Assembly (NCBI GenBank): GCA_965112635.1
Contig: OZ218778.1
Coordinates: 128,001-192,000 of the forward strand
Reading direction: 5' to 3'
DNA length: 64,000 bases
From: an uncultured bacterium
GTDB lineage: Bacteria > Oederibacteriota > Oederibacteriia > Oederibacteriales > Oederibacteriaceae
The translations under genes were made by a program, and so were the position numbers. Under the pieces are notes generated by a model. That model searched no databases and was not told where the DNA came from. It saw only the letters and a list, made by a program, of their open reading frames with translations. Below, in pieces: positions 30,505 through 40,572 of the stretch. How positions within the stretch are numbered: the first letter of the stretch is position 1; each line of letters begins with the position of its first letter.

Positions 30505-31497
30505 ATGGCTTCAAGATTGGTTTTTACAGGCAAGCAGCAAGTTAAATACGAGTCCTTTGAACCGCCCAAAGTGGACAAAGGCATGATCAAGGTCCGCGCG
30601 CTTTACTCGCTCATCAGCACGGGCACCGAGACCATCGTTTACAACCGCCTGTTCGACGCGGGCAGTCACTGGGACAACTGGGTCAAGTATCCTTTTTATC
30701 CGGGATACTCCATGGTGGGCGAGGTCGTGGAGACGGGACCGGAATGCAAGGCCAAAGTCGGCGACAGGCTGGCCATGAGGACCGGCCACGCCTCCGTCCA
30801 GGTGATCCCCGAGGCCTACACTTTGCCTGTTCCCAGGGAAATGGACCCCAAGTCCGCCTCCTGGTTCGCCCTGGCCAAGATCACTTTCACCGGAGCCCGG
30901 GCCGCGCAATACAGCCTCGGCGACAGCGTCCTCATCATCGGTGCCGGACCCATCGGTCAGATGTCCACGCGCTGGGCCAGAGCCGCCGGCGTGGAGACCA
31001 TCATCGTCTGCGACATGCTGGAATCCCGTCTCAAGTTGGCCAAGGCCGGAGGCGCCACGCATATCCTCCCCAAACCCATCAACCAGTGCGCGGCCGACAT
31101 CAAGTCCATCACCAAGGACCAGATGACCCGGGTGGTTCTTGACGGCACGGGCAACGCCGAGGTGTTCAGCCAGGCCCTCCAGCTGGCCAGGCACCGCGGC
31201 CGGGTGGTCGTACTGGGCGACACCGGCGCGCCGACCTTGCAGCATCTCACCCCTGACCTCATCCTGCGGGGACTGACCGTCATCGGCGCCCACGACGGCC
31301 ACACGGATGCCGAGTGGAGCGAACAGCGCATGGTCACCCTGTTCTTCAACCTGTGCCTGACCAACCGGTTCGACATGAACAACATGATCACCCACACGTT
31401 CCAGCCCCAGGACTGCGTCAAAGCTTTTGAGACAGCGAGCAACCGTAAAGCCGAAGCCATGGGCCTGCTCTTTGACTGGACAGGCATCAAAGACTAA
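30505..31497 (+). CDS. Medium-chain dehydrogenase/reductase
   Basis: SLISTGTE, YPFYPGY and GAGPIG motifs; lacks the canonical Cys/His zinc ligands. Confidence 0.85.
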   Translation: MASRLVFTGKQQVKYESFEPPKVDKGMIKVRALYSLISTGTETIVYNRLFDAGSHWDNWVKYPFYPGYSMVGEVVETGPECKAKVGDRLAMRTGHASVQVIPEAYTLPVPREMDPKSASWFALAKITFTGARAAQYSLGDSVLIIGAGPIGQMSTRWARAAGVETIIVCDMLESRLKLAKAGGATHILPKPINQCAADIKSITKDQMTRVVLDGTGNAEVFSQALQLARHRGRVVVLGDTGAPTLQHLTPDLILRGLTVIGAHDGHTDAEWSEQRMVTLFFNLCLTNRFDMNNMITHTFQPQDCVKAFETASNRKAEAMGLLFDWTGIKD

Positions 31498-31513
31498 TAT
31501 GGAGGAACAACAC

Positions 31514-32272
31514 ATGAACAACATCAAACTCAGCGCGCCGGACTGGTGCTTTTACCGGGATAGTTTCGGGCCGGCGGAATATTACAACAACCTCAGGAAG
31601 CTCGGTTACACCGGCGTGGAAATGGTGGACTCCAAGCGCTGGCCTGCGGCCAAAACAGCCGGCCTGGAGATCGTCAACATCTCCCTGGCCAGTTTGGAAA
31701 AAGGTTTTAACCGGACCGAGAACCATGCCGGGCTAATCGAAGAGATCCGCAAGAATATCGAGCTGGCCAAGGCGAACAATATTCCCCAGATCATTGTTTT
31801 CAGCGGCAACCGCCAGGGCCAGCCGGACGAGGCAGGCTTTAAAAACTGCGTTTTGGGCCTGAAAAGGGCGGTTTCTGACGCCCAAAAAGCGGGCATCACC
31901 CTTGTTTTTGAAATGCTCAATTCCTATGACCACAAAGACTATCAGGGAGACCGCAGCGCCTACGGCTTCAGGCTGGTCAAAGAGGTCGGCTCGCCGGCCC
32001 TCAAGGTGCTCTACGACGCCTACCATATGTTCCAGATGGGCGAAGATATCCTCAAGGACCTGACCGAAAACCTAAAAAGCGTGGCCCATATCCATGTGGC
32101 GGAAAGCCAGGGCCGGTCCATCCCCTCTATGCAGGGCAAAATAGATTACAAAACAGTGGTCCAAAAGGTCCAGGCCGCCGGATACGAGGGATATTGGGGC
32201 ATGGAATATTTCCCCGGCGAGAACGTGATGCAGAGCCTGCAGCAGGCCGCGGACCTGTTCCGGTCTTTTTGA
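31514..32272 (+). CDS. Hydroxypyruvate isomerase-like TIM barrel protein
   Basis: IVFSGNR, FEMLNS..HKDY, LYDAYH, HIHVAE and GMEY motifs. Confidence 0.88.
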   Translation: MNNIKLSAPDWCFYRDSFGPAEYYNNLRKLGYTGVEMVDSKRWPAAKTAGLEIVNISLASLEKGFNRTENHAGLIEEIRKNIELAKANNIPQIIVFSGNRQGQPDEAGFKNCVLGLKRAVSDAQKAGITLVFEMLNSYDHKDYQGDRSAYGFRLVKEVGSPALKVLYDAYHMFQMGEDILKDLTENLKSVAHIHVAESQGRSIPSMQGKIDYKTVVQKVQAAGYEGYWGMEYFPGENVMQSLQQAADLFRSF

Positions 32273-32287
32273 GTTTTCTGGTGCTAC

Positions 32288-32420
32288 AATAAACTACCAC
32301 GGGCTCACGCCCGTGGTTTTAAAGCGGAAGAATTTATTATGTTTGTTACTCCTCCGCCTCCGGCTCCGGGCTGCCATTCATCCCCGCCGCTTGCGGCGGG
32401 GTACTATGGCAGTAGTAATA
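32288..32420 (+). mobile_element. Non-autonomous IS200/IS605-type mini-element (copy 1)
   Basis: AATAAACT + hairpin CCACGGGC/GCCCGTGG, shared linker TGTTTGTT.CTCCTCCGC, then CTGCCATTCATCCCC-hairpin-GGGG..GGCAGTAGT; homologous to 40696-40854. Confidence 0.7.
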
Positions 32421-32461
32421 GAGTTTTGTTTCACCAAATCTTGCGGGTAAAGGATGAAAAA

Positions 32462-33220
32462 ATGAAAAAATATCCGGTTTCAGTGCAGCTCTATTCGGTC
32501 AGGGACCAGGCGGCCAAGGATTTCGCGGGTGTCCTCAAAAAGATCGCCTCATTTGGCTACACGGGGGTGGAGTTCGCCGGCCTGCACAACCTGACCCCCA
32601 AGGAGGTCCGCAACATTATCGACGACCTGGGGCTGGTAGCCTCTTCCACGCACGGCCCCATGCCCGACAGGGGCAACCTGACCGAGATCGTGGACGCCGC
32701 CCATGTGCTTGGTTATGACTGCCATATCAGCGGATGCGGGCCGGATGATTTCAAAGATGTAGAAACAAGCAAAAGGACCGGCGCCCGTTTCCAGGAAGCC
32801 AGCCAGCTGCTCAAAGCACAGGGCTTGCGCTTCGGCGTCCATAACCACTGGTGGGAGTTCAATAAAAATTTCAAAGGCAAACTGCCCTATGACATCGCCC
32901 TGGAAGCCGCTCCCGGAGCTTTATGCGAGATAGACACCTACTGGGTCAAGTTCGGCGGCCCTGACCCCGCCAACCTCATCAAACGGTTCTCTTCTCGGAC
33001 AAATTTCCTGCATATCAAAGACGGCCCGCTCCAAAAAGACAAAGCCATGACCGCGGTGGGCCAGGGCAGAATGAACTGGAAACCTATTATGGAGGCTGCC
33101 TCAGCCAGCGCAGCTGAGTGGCTGGTGGTGGAGCTGGACAGCTGCGACACAGACATGCTGGAAGCGGTCCAGCAAAGCATCCAGTACCTGGTGGAACAAG
33201 GTTACGGTAAAGCAAAATAG
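32462..33220 (+). CDS. Sugar phosphate isomerase/epimerase
   Basis: VQLYSVR, GVEFAG, HNHWWEF, EIDTYW, LHIKD and VVELD motifs. Confidence 0.9.
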   Translation: MKKYPVSVQLYSVRDQAAKDFAGVLKKIASFGYTGVEFAGLHNLTPKEVRNIIDDLGLVASSTHGPMPDRGNLTEIVDAAHVLGYDCHISGCGPDDFKDVETSKRTGARFQEASQLLKAQGLRFGVHNHWWEFNKNFKGKLPYDIALEAAPGALCEIDTYWVKFGGPDPANLIKRFSSRTNFLHIKDGPLQKDKAMTAVGQGRMNWKPIMEAASASAAEWLVVELDSCDTDMLEAVQQSIQYLVEQGYGKAK

Positions 33221-33235
33221 AATAGGGAGGATATT

Positions 33236-34339
33236 ATGAAAGGTAATAGGATCAAGGTCGGGCTCGTGGGATGCGGGAACATCTGCGATATTTACTTCCA
33301 GAACATGAAAACCCATCCGGTCCTCCAGGTGGCGGCCTGCTCCGACCTGCTCTTGGACAGGGCCAAAGCCAAGGCCAAGCAGTATGGCATCCCCAAAGCC
33401 TGCACAGTTAAAGAGCTTTTGGCTGATCCCGCAATAGGCATTATTGTTAATCTTACGGTCCCCAAAGCCCACGCGGACATAGCTTTGGCAGCGGTCAAGG
33501 CAGGCAAAAGCGTTTATAACGAAAAACCTTTGACCATCCGGCGCGAGGACGGGCAAAAGCTGTTGAAATTGGCCAGATCCAAACGGGTACTGGTGGGAGG
33601 CGCTCCGGATACATTTCTGGGCGCCGGCCTGCAGACCTGCCGCAAACTCATCGACGACGGGGTCATCGGCGACCCGGTCGCGGCCACGGCTTTTATGATG
33701 GGCCACGGCCCTGAGGGATGGCATCCCAACCCAACCTTCTTTTACCAGGTCGGCGGAGGCCCCATGTTCGACGTGGGCCCTTACTATGTGACTGCCCTGG
33801 TCACCCTGCTGGGGTCGGTCAAACGCGTGTCCGGTTCGGCCAGGATCAGTTTCAAAGAACGCCTGATCACCAGCAAACCCCAATACGGCAAAAAGATCAA
33901 AGTGCAGGTGCCTACTCATATTGCCGGGGTCATGGACTTTGCCAGCGGAGCGGTCGGGACTATCATCACCAGCTTTGATGTTTGGGGCGCTGAACTGCCC
34001 CGGATAGAGATCTACGGCTCCAAGGGCACCTTGAGCGTGCCTGACCCAAATTCTTTCGGCGGGCCGGTCAGGGTAAAACTCGCCGGCAAAGAATGGAAAG
34101 AAATGCCTTTGACCCACAACTATCCCCAGAACAGCCGGAGCTTGGGCGTGGCGGATATGGCCTACGCTCTTTTGTCCGGCAGGCCCCATCGCGCCAGCGG
34201 CAGTTTGGCCTACCATGTCCTGGACATCATGCACGCCATCCATGACGCTTCGGCCCGTGGGGTTTATGCCAAGCTAAAAAGTTCCTGCACTCGTCCGGCA
34301 CCTCTGCCTGCGGGATTGAAATATAAAATTAATGGTTAA
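33236..34339 (+). CDS. Gfo/Idh/MocA-family oxidoreductase
   Basis: VGCGNI, YNEKPL, APDTFLG and [12 protein letters not shown] motifs. Confidence 0.92.
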   Translation: MKGNRIKVGLVGCGNICDIYFQNMKTHPVLQVAACSDLLLDRAKAKAKQYGIPKACTVKELLADPAIGIIVNLTVPKAHADIALAAVKAGKSVYNEKPLTIRREDGQKLLKLARSKRVLVGGAPDTFLGAGLQTCRKLIDDGVIGDPVAATAFMMGHGPEGWHPNPTFFYQVGGGPMFDVGPYYVTALVTLLGSVKRVSGSARISFKERLITSKPQYGKKIKVQVPTHIAGVMDFASGAVGTIITSFDVWGAELPRIEIYGSKGTLSVPDPNSFGGPVRVKLAGKEWKEMPLTHNYPQNSRSLGVADMAYALLSGRPHRASGSLAYHVLDIMHAIHDASARGVYAKLKSSCTRPAPLPAGLKYKING

Positions 34340-34376
34340 GGAAACTTTTCGCCCGGCCTGAGGCTGAGGAGGCTTC

Positions 34377-36401
34377 ATGAAGAATTGGAATACAACGGTC
34401 CCTCTGGGACTGACCCAGCTGAACAGGAAAAACATGCCGCTTTACGCCGCAAGGCTCAAGGCCATGGGAGCTGACCGCGTTTTCCTGGCGGCACCGGACG
34501 GCATGACCGACCATCCTCCCTTCCCCAAAGACTGGCTCGACCTGAAAAAACGCCTAATCAAAGCCAAAGCGTTCTTTAACGCCAGGGGCATTGCCGTGGC
34601 TTACTGGCTGGGCAGGACCATCGGACACAACCAACTGCCGACCGACCGGAAAGACTGGCCTTTTCAGCCCATCGTGGGCCCCACCGGCAAGGAGGCTGAA
34701 GGCTGTTTTTGCCCCCTGGACAAGCGTTTTCGCGGCTATCTCTCCTCTGGCCTGGCTACGATGGCCCGGAGCGGAGTGGAGCTGATCGTCTTGGACGATG
34801 ACTTCCGGATGAACGGCCACGGCCCTGATACTGATTTCGCCTGTTACTGCCCCCTGCATCTGGCCGAGTTCCGCGCCAGGACCGGCCGCAAAATCTCCCG
34901 CGAAAAACTTTTTAAAGAGGCTATGGGCGGCGCTCCCAGCCGGACTCGCGACCAGTGGCTGGATATCCAGGGAAAAACCCTGATGCTTCTGGCCGGTGAC
35001 CTGGAGCAAGCGGTGCACCGGGTAAATCCCCGGGCCCGGCTCGGGCTCTGCTCGGTCATCTGGCATAACAGCGGCCACGACGGCGTGGAACTTCCAGCGC
35101 TGGTCAAGAAGCTGGCGGGAAATACCCGGCCGTTCATGCGCACCATAGGCGCGCCCTATTGGGACAAGCAGCCGTTCCATGTCTGCTGGGTGACCGAATA
35201 TACCCGCCTGCAGGCTTCCTGGTCCAAAGGGCATGACATAGAACTGTTGGCTGAGGGCGACACCTGGCCTCATACCCGTTTCAGCTGTTCCGCGGCCATG
35301 CTCGGCGCCTACCAGGAATGGCTGATGGCTTCGGGCTTCCCCGGTATCCTCTGCTATGCCCTTGGTTACACTGGCAACCCGGACTTCGAAACAGGCTTTT
35401 GGCGGAAGATCAGCGCCAGCCGCCGGCACAGCCAGGCAATCCTCGGCTTTTTCCCGTCCGATTACCAGGCCCTGGGCGTGCGGCCTTTGGAGCCCCAGAA
35501 CAGCTTCCGGCACTGGGTCATGCCCTCTGGCCCCGGGACCAACAACTGGGCCAACCAGCCTGCGGCCCTCCGATTGCTGTCCAGGATGGGCATCCCCCTG
35601 ACCTATGAAAAAACAGGCGGCCCTGTTCTAATCACGGGCTGGAGCGCTTCCGGTCTCTCCAGGGCAGAAATACAAGAGGCCCTGCGTTCCGGGGCAGTGC
35701 TGGATGCCATAGCCGCGCAATGGCTCCTGCAGAAAGGCTTTGACATCGGAGTGCTTGCGGTGGAGGAGGCCCCTGTGCCGCGGACCGAACGCTTTATTGA
35801 CCCCGGCTTCAGCGGCCGTCATTTAGGTCTGAATCTCTGGCCCGGCCCGGCCGGGAAAAACTCTTTTTACCGCTGCCAACCTGCACCAAGAGCAAGGGTC
35901 CTCAGCGAATTCCTGGACTCTGACCAAAAAAGGCTCTATCCAGGGACCCTGCTTTACGAGAACAGGGCCGGCAACCGTTTCTGCGTCCTGCCTTTGGGAT
36001 TGCACTCCCTGACCCTGGACCTGGCAACGCCCCTGCCCGTCCTGAACTATGCCCGGCAGGAGCAATTGACCCGTTCCCTGACCTGGGTCAACCGCCGTCC
36101 TTTAGCGGTATCTGTCCAGGATATCGCTGATGTCCATGTGCTGTGCCGGGTATCCCCGTCCAGGGACCGCCTGGCCATCGCGGTCCAAAACGCCCATTCC
36201 GACCCCATCCAAAACCCTGTGCTTAGGCTGGACCCGGCTATTGAGGTGGGAAAAACAATAGAACTCCTCGTCCCCGCTGCTGGCAAGGCGCAAAAAACCT
36301 CAGCATTTAAATATAGGAACGACGGAGAATACGGTCACCTTACTGTTCCCTGCACCATCCCGTCCATGGGTATGATGTCGGTGGGGATTACAAGAAGATG
36401 A
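34377..36401 (+). CDS. Hypothetical protein, probable glycoside-hydrolase-like TIM barrel
   Basis: FCPLD, LDDDFR, CYCPLH and AEGDTWP pattern; last gene of the sugar operon; family not assigned. Confidence 0.55.
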   Translation: MKNWNTTVPLGLTQLNRKNMPLYAARLKAMGADRVFLAAPDGMTDHPPFPKDWLDLKKRLIKAKAFFNARGIAVAYWLGRTIGHNQLPTDRKDWPFQPIVGPTGKEAEGCFCPLDKRFRGYLSSGLATMARSGVELIVLDDDFRMNGHGPDTDFACYCPLHLAEFRARTGRKISREKLFKEAMGGAPSRTRDQWLDIQGKTLMLLAGDLEQAVHRVNPRARLGLCSVIWHNSGHDGVELPALVKKLAGNTRPFMRTIGAPYWDKQPFHVCWVTEYTRLQASWSKGHDIELLAEGDTWPHTRFSCSAAMLGAYQEWLMASGFPGILCYALGYTGNPDFETGFWRKISASRRHSQAILGFFPSDYQALGVRPLEPQNSFRHWVMPSGPGTNNWANQPAALRLLSRMGIPLTYEKTGGPVLITGWSASGLSRAEIQEALRSGAVLDAIAAQWLLQKGFDIGVLAVEEAPVPRTERFIDPGFSGRHLGLNLWPGPAGKNSFYRCQPAPRARVLSEFLDSDQKRLYPGTLLYENRAGNRFCVLPLGLHSLTLDLATPLPVLNYARQEQLTRSLTWVNRRPLAVSVQDIADVHVLCRVSPSRDRLAIAVQNAHSDPIQNPVLRLDPAIEVGKTIELLVPAAGKAQKTSAFKYRNDGEYGHLTVPCTIPSMGMMSVGITRR

Positions 36402-36466
36402 TTTTCTCCAGGTTTACAGGGAGCCGTAGGCGTAGGTTTTATTTACCTTAAATAACACAAGACAGC

Positions 36467-37222
36467 TTATGCCTGAGCCACGACCCAAAGCCAGTAAGGT
36501 TCAGGACCGCCTTGAAACAGGTCCCCTGACATGGTCCTCAGGGTGCACTGGGAAAAACCGGCTTCCTGGAGCAACGAGATGGTTTTGGACGGGTCGGTTT
36601 TAAGGCCTGGTTCGGATATATTTGAGCTCTCTTCGATGGCATCGCGTTGCGGGTCAATAGTGATCCAAACATCTTCCTGCTTGCCTGACTTAGGATCGAT
36701 CCCATGACTTTCCAGCTTGAATACACCGTTATCCTCACGCCAACTGCGCCAATTTCCTGAATGGGCTTTGATCTTTGGATGTTCAGGATTTCTCACATCG
36801 CAGATGAAGCATCCCCCGGGCTTAAGCGTCCGGTGTATCCTGCGGAACACATCCAGGTCCAAAAGCGACATTTCGATCCAGGTGGCCGCCGTGAATTCCC
36901 TAGGAAGGTCCAGGGAACGCATATCACAGACAAGGAACTTGACCTGGGGCAGTCCCGACGCTGACTGGCGCGCCCTGTCCACAAAAGTTTCGGAGATATC
37001 TATCCCCAGGACCTCATGTCCCTTGTTACCCCAACAGACGGCATGGGTCCCGATCCCGCAGGCAATATCCAATATCTTGTGTGGCCCAGGCTGTCCCAGG
37101 AGACGAAGCACGGACTCCGCCTCATCGGCCTGTGTCTTGGGGTCAGGGAAGCCCCAGTTAAGGTAATCTTTGTCAAAATCCGGCTCCCCATAGCGATGCA
37201 TTTGTTTTTTGATACGGCGCAT
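36467..37222 (-). CDS. Class I SAM-dependent methyltransferase
   Basis: ILDIACGIGTH, GIDIS, CDMR and LKPGG motifs. Confidence 0.85.
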   Translation of the reverse strand: MRRIKKQMHRYGEPDFDKDYLNWGFPDPKTQADEAESVLRLLGQPGPHKILDIACGIGTHAVCWGNKGHEVLGIDISETFVDRARQSASGLPQVKFLVCDMRSLDLPREFTAATWIEMSLLDLDVFRRIHRTLKPGGCFICDVRNPEHPKIKAHSGNWRSWREDNGVFKLESHGIDPKSGKQEDVWITIDPQRDAIEESSNISEPGLKTDPSKTISLLQEAGFSQCTLRTMSGDLFQGGPEPYWLWVVAQA

Positions 37223-37294
37223 AAGTCCCCCTTTGTCTGATATTTATATTGCTTTTTTGTTCCTGGAAATATTAGCAAAAGGCGAAATGTTGAA

Positions 37295-38263
37295 TTATAT
37301 GGAGCCGCCGGCCTTTAAAAGGTCGTGCAGGTGGACGATGCCGACCGGCCGATGGGCTTTGTCCACGACCATCAAGGTGCCCACGGATTTTTCTTCGGTG
37401 ATATAAATGGCCTCAGCCACCAGCTGGTCCTGGTCGATGACCTTGGGATGGGGGTTCATGAGCTGTTTGATCCTGACCCTGTTAAAATCCATCCGGCCTG
37501 ACCGCTGGATGAACCGCCTCAGGTCGTCGTCCGTGAAGATGCCGCATAATTTCCCCGACGCGTTGACCACGCCCGTGCAGCCTTTGCGTTTGGCGGTCAT
37601 CTCCTGGACCGCCTCGTTGAGGGTCGCTTGCTGGCTGACCAGCGGCACAGCGCTTCCCGAGTGCATGATGGACCTGACCTTGAGGAGCTTGCGCCCGATC
37701 TGTCCGCCCGGGTGAAGGAAAGCGAAATCCTCTTTTTTAAACCCTTTTTCCTTGAGCAGCACCACGGCCAGGGCGTCGCCCATGGCCATCGCCGCGGCGC
37801 TGGAGGCCGTTGGCGCCAGGCCCAGGGGGCAAGCCTCTTCTTTGACGCTGCAGTCCAGGGCCACTTCGCTGTTCTTGGCCAGGGTGGAATGGATGTTGCC
37901 GGTCAGGGAGACCAGTTTGGCGCCAATGCGTTTGATCATGGGCAGGACCACGCTGAGCTCATCGGTCTCTCCGCTGTAGGAAACGGCTAAAACCACGTCG
38001 TCCCTCATCAGGACCCCGAGGTCGCCGTGCACGCCCTCGGCCGGGTGGATGAACAGGGCCGGGGTCCCGGTGCTGGCCAGGGTGGAGGCGATTTTACGGC
38101 CCACCAGCCCCGACTTGCCGATACCCATGACGATGACCCTGCCTTTGCAGTGGAGGAGGAGCTTGACGGCCTGGAGGAACCGTTTATCCAGCTTGGGGGC
38201 CAGGCCGAGGATGGCCCCGGCTTCTATCTTGAGAACTTTCCTGGCTTGATTGAGGGAGGCCAT
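37295..38263 (-). CDS. kdsD: Arabinose-5-phosphate isomerase (KpsF/GutQ family)
   Basis: GIGKSG, STGTPA..HPAEGVHGDLG, APTAS, HPGG, C-terminal CBS pair. Confidence 0.95.
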   Translation of the reverse strand: MASLNQARKVLKIEAGAILGLAPKLDKRFLQAVKLLLHCKGRVIVMGIGKSGLVGRKIASTLASTGTPALFIHPAEGVHGDLGVLMRDDVVLAVSYSGETDELSVVLPMIKRIGAKLVSLTGNIHSTLAKNSEVALDCSVKEEACPLGLAPTASSAAAMAMGDALAVVLLKEKGFKKEDFAFLHPGGQIGRKLLKVRSIMHSGSAVPLVSQQATLNEAVQEMTAKRKGCTGVVNASGKLCGIFTDDDLRRFIQRSGRMDFNRVRIKQLMNPHPKVIDQDQLVAEAIYITEEKSVGTLMVVDKAHRPVGIVHLHDLLKAGGSI

Positions 38264-38266
38264 GGA

Positions 38267-38977
38267 TTACTCCACGTAGAGCATGCGTCCGCAGCTTTCA
38301 CAGAATATCATCTCTTTGCCTTTTTGGATCTCGATGATGACCTGCGGCCTGATGTTGATCTGGCATCCCCCACAGTTACCCTGCCGGACCGGGGCGATGG
38401 CCATGCTTTTCTTGCTCTGGCGGATGCGTTCGTAGCGGTCCAGGATCCCGCGTTCGACTTTGGCGGTCGCTTCCTGGCGCTTGGTCTGGGATTCGCCGAT
38501 CTTCTGGTTGATGACGGCGAGGTCTTTCTGGAACTTTTCCTCTTCCTGTTTTACTTTTTGCTCTTCGGTCTTGACCTCGTCCTGCAGGACGGCCAGTTTC
38601 TTGCGGTTCTCGTCATCCTGGTCCATCTTGACCAGGATCTGTTCCTCCAGCTTGGAGTTATCTTCTTTGAGCTTGGCGATCTCGTTCTGCAGGGAGGTGT
38701 AGGCTTCGTTGGACTTGACCTCAAAGACCTGCTCTTTGTATTTGGACATGTTGGCCAGCTTGGCTTTGGAGTCCAGCTCCATGGCCAGCCTGGCCTTGCG
38801 GTCCTCTTCGGCGCTTTTTTTGGCCTGGTCCAGGGCCTGCTTCTTGGCTTCCAAAAACGCCTTGGCGTTTTCCAGGGAAGCCGAACCTGCGGATTTTTCC
38901 GCCTGGAGCTGGTCCAGTCCCAGATCGATCTTCTGAAGGTCAAGCAGCTGCGGCAACCCGCTATTGGTCGTGATCAT
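38267..38977 (-). CDS. Coiled-coil protein with C4 zinc ribbon (DUF164/CdsZ-like)
   Basis: LLDLQKID start, long coiled coil, CGGC...CESCGRMLY. Confidence 0.9.
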   Translation of the reverse strand: MITTNSGLPQLLDLQKIDLGLDQLQAEKSAGSASLENAKAFLEAKKQALDQAKKSAEEDRKARLAMELDSKAKLANMSKYKEQVFEVKSNEAYTSLQNEIAKLKEDNSKLEEQILVKMDQDDENRKKLAVLQDEVKTEEQKVKQEEEKFQKDLAVINQKIGESQTKRQEATAKVERGILDRYERIRQSKKSMAIAPVRQGNCGGCQINIRPQVIIEIQKGKEMIFCESCGRMLYVE

Positions 38978-39021
38978 GCATCCCCCTTCGTGGAAATCTA
39001 GGCCACCATTCTAACACAGAC

Positions 39022-40269
39022 TCATTTTTTCGGTAAACTTAACAGCCGGTAGACCGTATCCTTGTTGGCGTCAGCCACGTCCCCCTGGTTGAACGAACTG
39101 CGCATCCTCACACGGGCTTCGGCGTGGGCGCCATCAAAATCAGGGTATGTCAGCGACTTTTTATAGGCTTTGGTGGCTTCGTCGTCCTTCCCCATAATGT
39201 CGTAAGTGCGGCCCTCTTCCACGTTGCCCCAGACCAGGAACCTGGGCATGGCCTTGGCGTCATTATTGCAGAGTTCGTATTCGCGGATGGCTTGCTCGTA
39301 CTCTTTTTTTGCGCGGTAAAGGTTCCCCAGCATAATATGAATGAACGGCGCCATCTTCTTGTTGAAGGTGGGATGTTTGTCATCCATCATTTGCAGGATC
39401 TCATTAAAAAGGGTAGCTCCGGCATCCGGGTCAAAAAAGGAAGTGACCAGGGCTAAGTTCAACCTGTATCGGAAATTATCCGGATAGCTAGCCACGAGCT
39501 CTTTCAAGAGGGTCGCGGATTTGGCGTATTGGTCCTCATAAATTCCCAGGCCTTCGGCGATGAATACCTTGGCCATCACTTTGGCGTAGTGCCCTTTTTC
39601 GCAGACCAGCTCCAGCTTCTTGATGCCTTCGGTCTTGCTGCCGTTGATCAGCAGCCAGCTCCCGAAAAGCCGGGGGATAATGGGCAGGGTATCGATATAG
39701 TACTGGTATATCCCCAGGCCCACGTTGGCATCGATCAGGTCGGGTTCCTGTTCCAGGGATTTTTTGAGCCTGGATATGGCCTCACTGCTCTTGTTAAACG
39801 CATCCAGATAATCGCCGTCCCACATGGAGAGCAAAGCCAGGCAGCCGTAGGCGTTGCCTGTAAAGAACAGGGAGTAAGCGTCATGATGCCTGTTATTCTC
39901 GTAGGCTTTGCCCAGGGAGATCAGCTCGTTGCCCTTTTTGACCAAAGCGTCTTCCACGGATTTATCTTCTTTATCGTCCTTGAGCTTTTCCCAGTTGATG
40001 ATCAAATGGCCGAAATAGCCCTCCATGCGCTCAGGATGGGTGGCGATGGCCTTGTCAAAGATAGCTGCCGCCGCGGCGTAATGCATATTGTAGGTTTCAT
40101 CCAAGCCGTTCAGCAGCATCTGCTCCCAGAGCTGTTCGGGGGATAAAGGGGTCTGGCTAGGCGTGGGTGTTTTAGCTGTTTTGGAAAAAACAGGGACAGA
40201 AAAAATCAGGGCAATGACAAACCAAAGGCAGACGACCTGAAAGTTAGCGGGTAGCTTTTTGTTAAATAT
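39022..40269 (-). CDS. Exported tetratricopeptide repeat protein
   Basis: Signal peptide and TPR-like helices; ORF-track extension overlaps tRNA-Val, so start placed tentatively at ATA 40269 after GGAG. Confidence 0.7.
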   Translation of the reverse strand: MFNKKLPANFQVVCLWFVIALIFSVPVFSKTAKTPTPSQTPLSPEQLWEQMLLNGLDETYNMHYAAAAAIFDKAIATHPERMEGYFGHLIINWEKLKDDKEDKSVEDALVKKGNELISLGKAYENNRHHDAYSLFFTGNAYGCLALLSMWDGDYLDAFNKSSEAISRLKKSLEQEPDLIDANVGLGIYQYYIDTLPIIPRLFGSWLLINGSKTEGIKKLELVCEKGHYAKVMAKVFIAEGLGIYEDQYAKSATLLKELVASYPDNFRYRLNLALVTSFFDPDAGATLFNEILQMMDDKHPTFNKKMAPFIHIMLGNLYRAKKEYEQAIREYELCNNDAKAMPRFLVWGNVEEGRTYDIMGKDDEATKAYKKSLTYPDFDGAHAEARVRMRSSFNQGDVADANKDTVYRLLSLPKK

Positions 40270-40309
40270 AGTCCTTCTCCACTCTACGTCGCAAAGCGAC
40301 GATATTAAA

Positions 40310-40386
40310 TGGTAGGCGGTACAGGGCTTGAACCTGTGACCTCTGCTCTGTGAAAGCAGCGCTCTAGCCAACTGAGCTAACCGCCC
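40310..40386 (-). tRNA. tRNA-Val (anticodon CAC)
   Basis: Full cloverleaf GGGCGGT TA GCTC..GAGC G CTGCT TTCACAG AGCAG AGGTC ACAGG TTCAAGC CCTGT ACCGCCT A CCA. Confidence 0.97.
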
Positions 40387-40437
40387 ACGTACAACTCCAG
40401 CGCACTCGAGCTCTGTCAAACTCTACCACAGTTATAA

Positions 40438-40563
40438 TGCCAAAGACGGCAGCGTACCCAACCGAAGGCTGGGAGCTCGATTGCACTTGCCCTCTATAAT
40501 AATGCGTTTCCTTTCAAGTGCAATCGCACCAAACAGCGGTTTGGTGACGCCCATCCTAACAAA
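40438..40563 (-). ncRNA. Candidate structured RNA (closed four-way junction) upstream of tRNA-Val
   Basis: Outer stem plus three inner hairpins; G-U pairs resolve only on the minus strand; promoter directly upstream. Confidence 0.5.
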
Positions 40564-40572
40564 CAAGCACAA

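Noticed and set aside
40270-40419. N-terminal extension of the 465-aa ORF
   Set aside because: It overlaps a complete tRNA-Val; the extension is an ORF-calling artefact.
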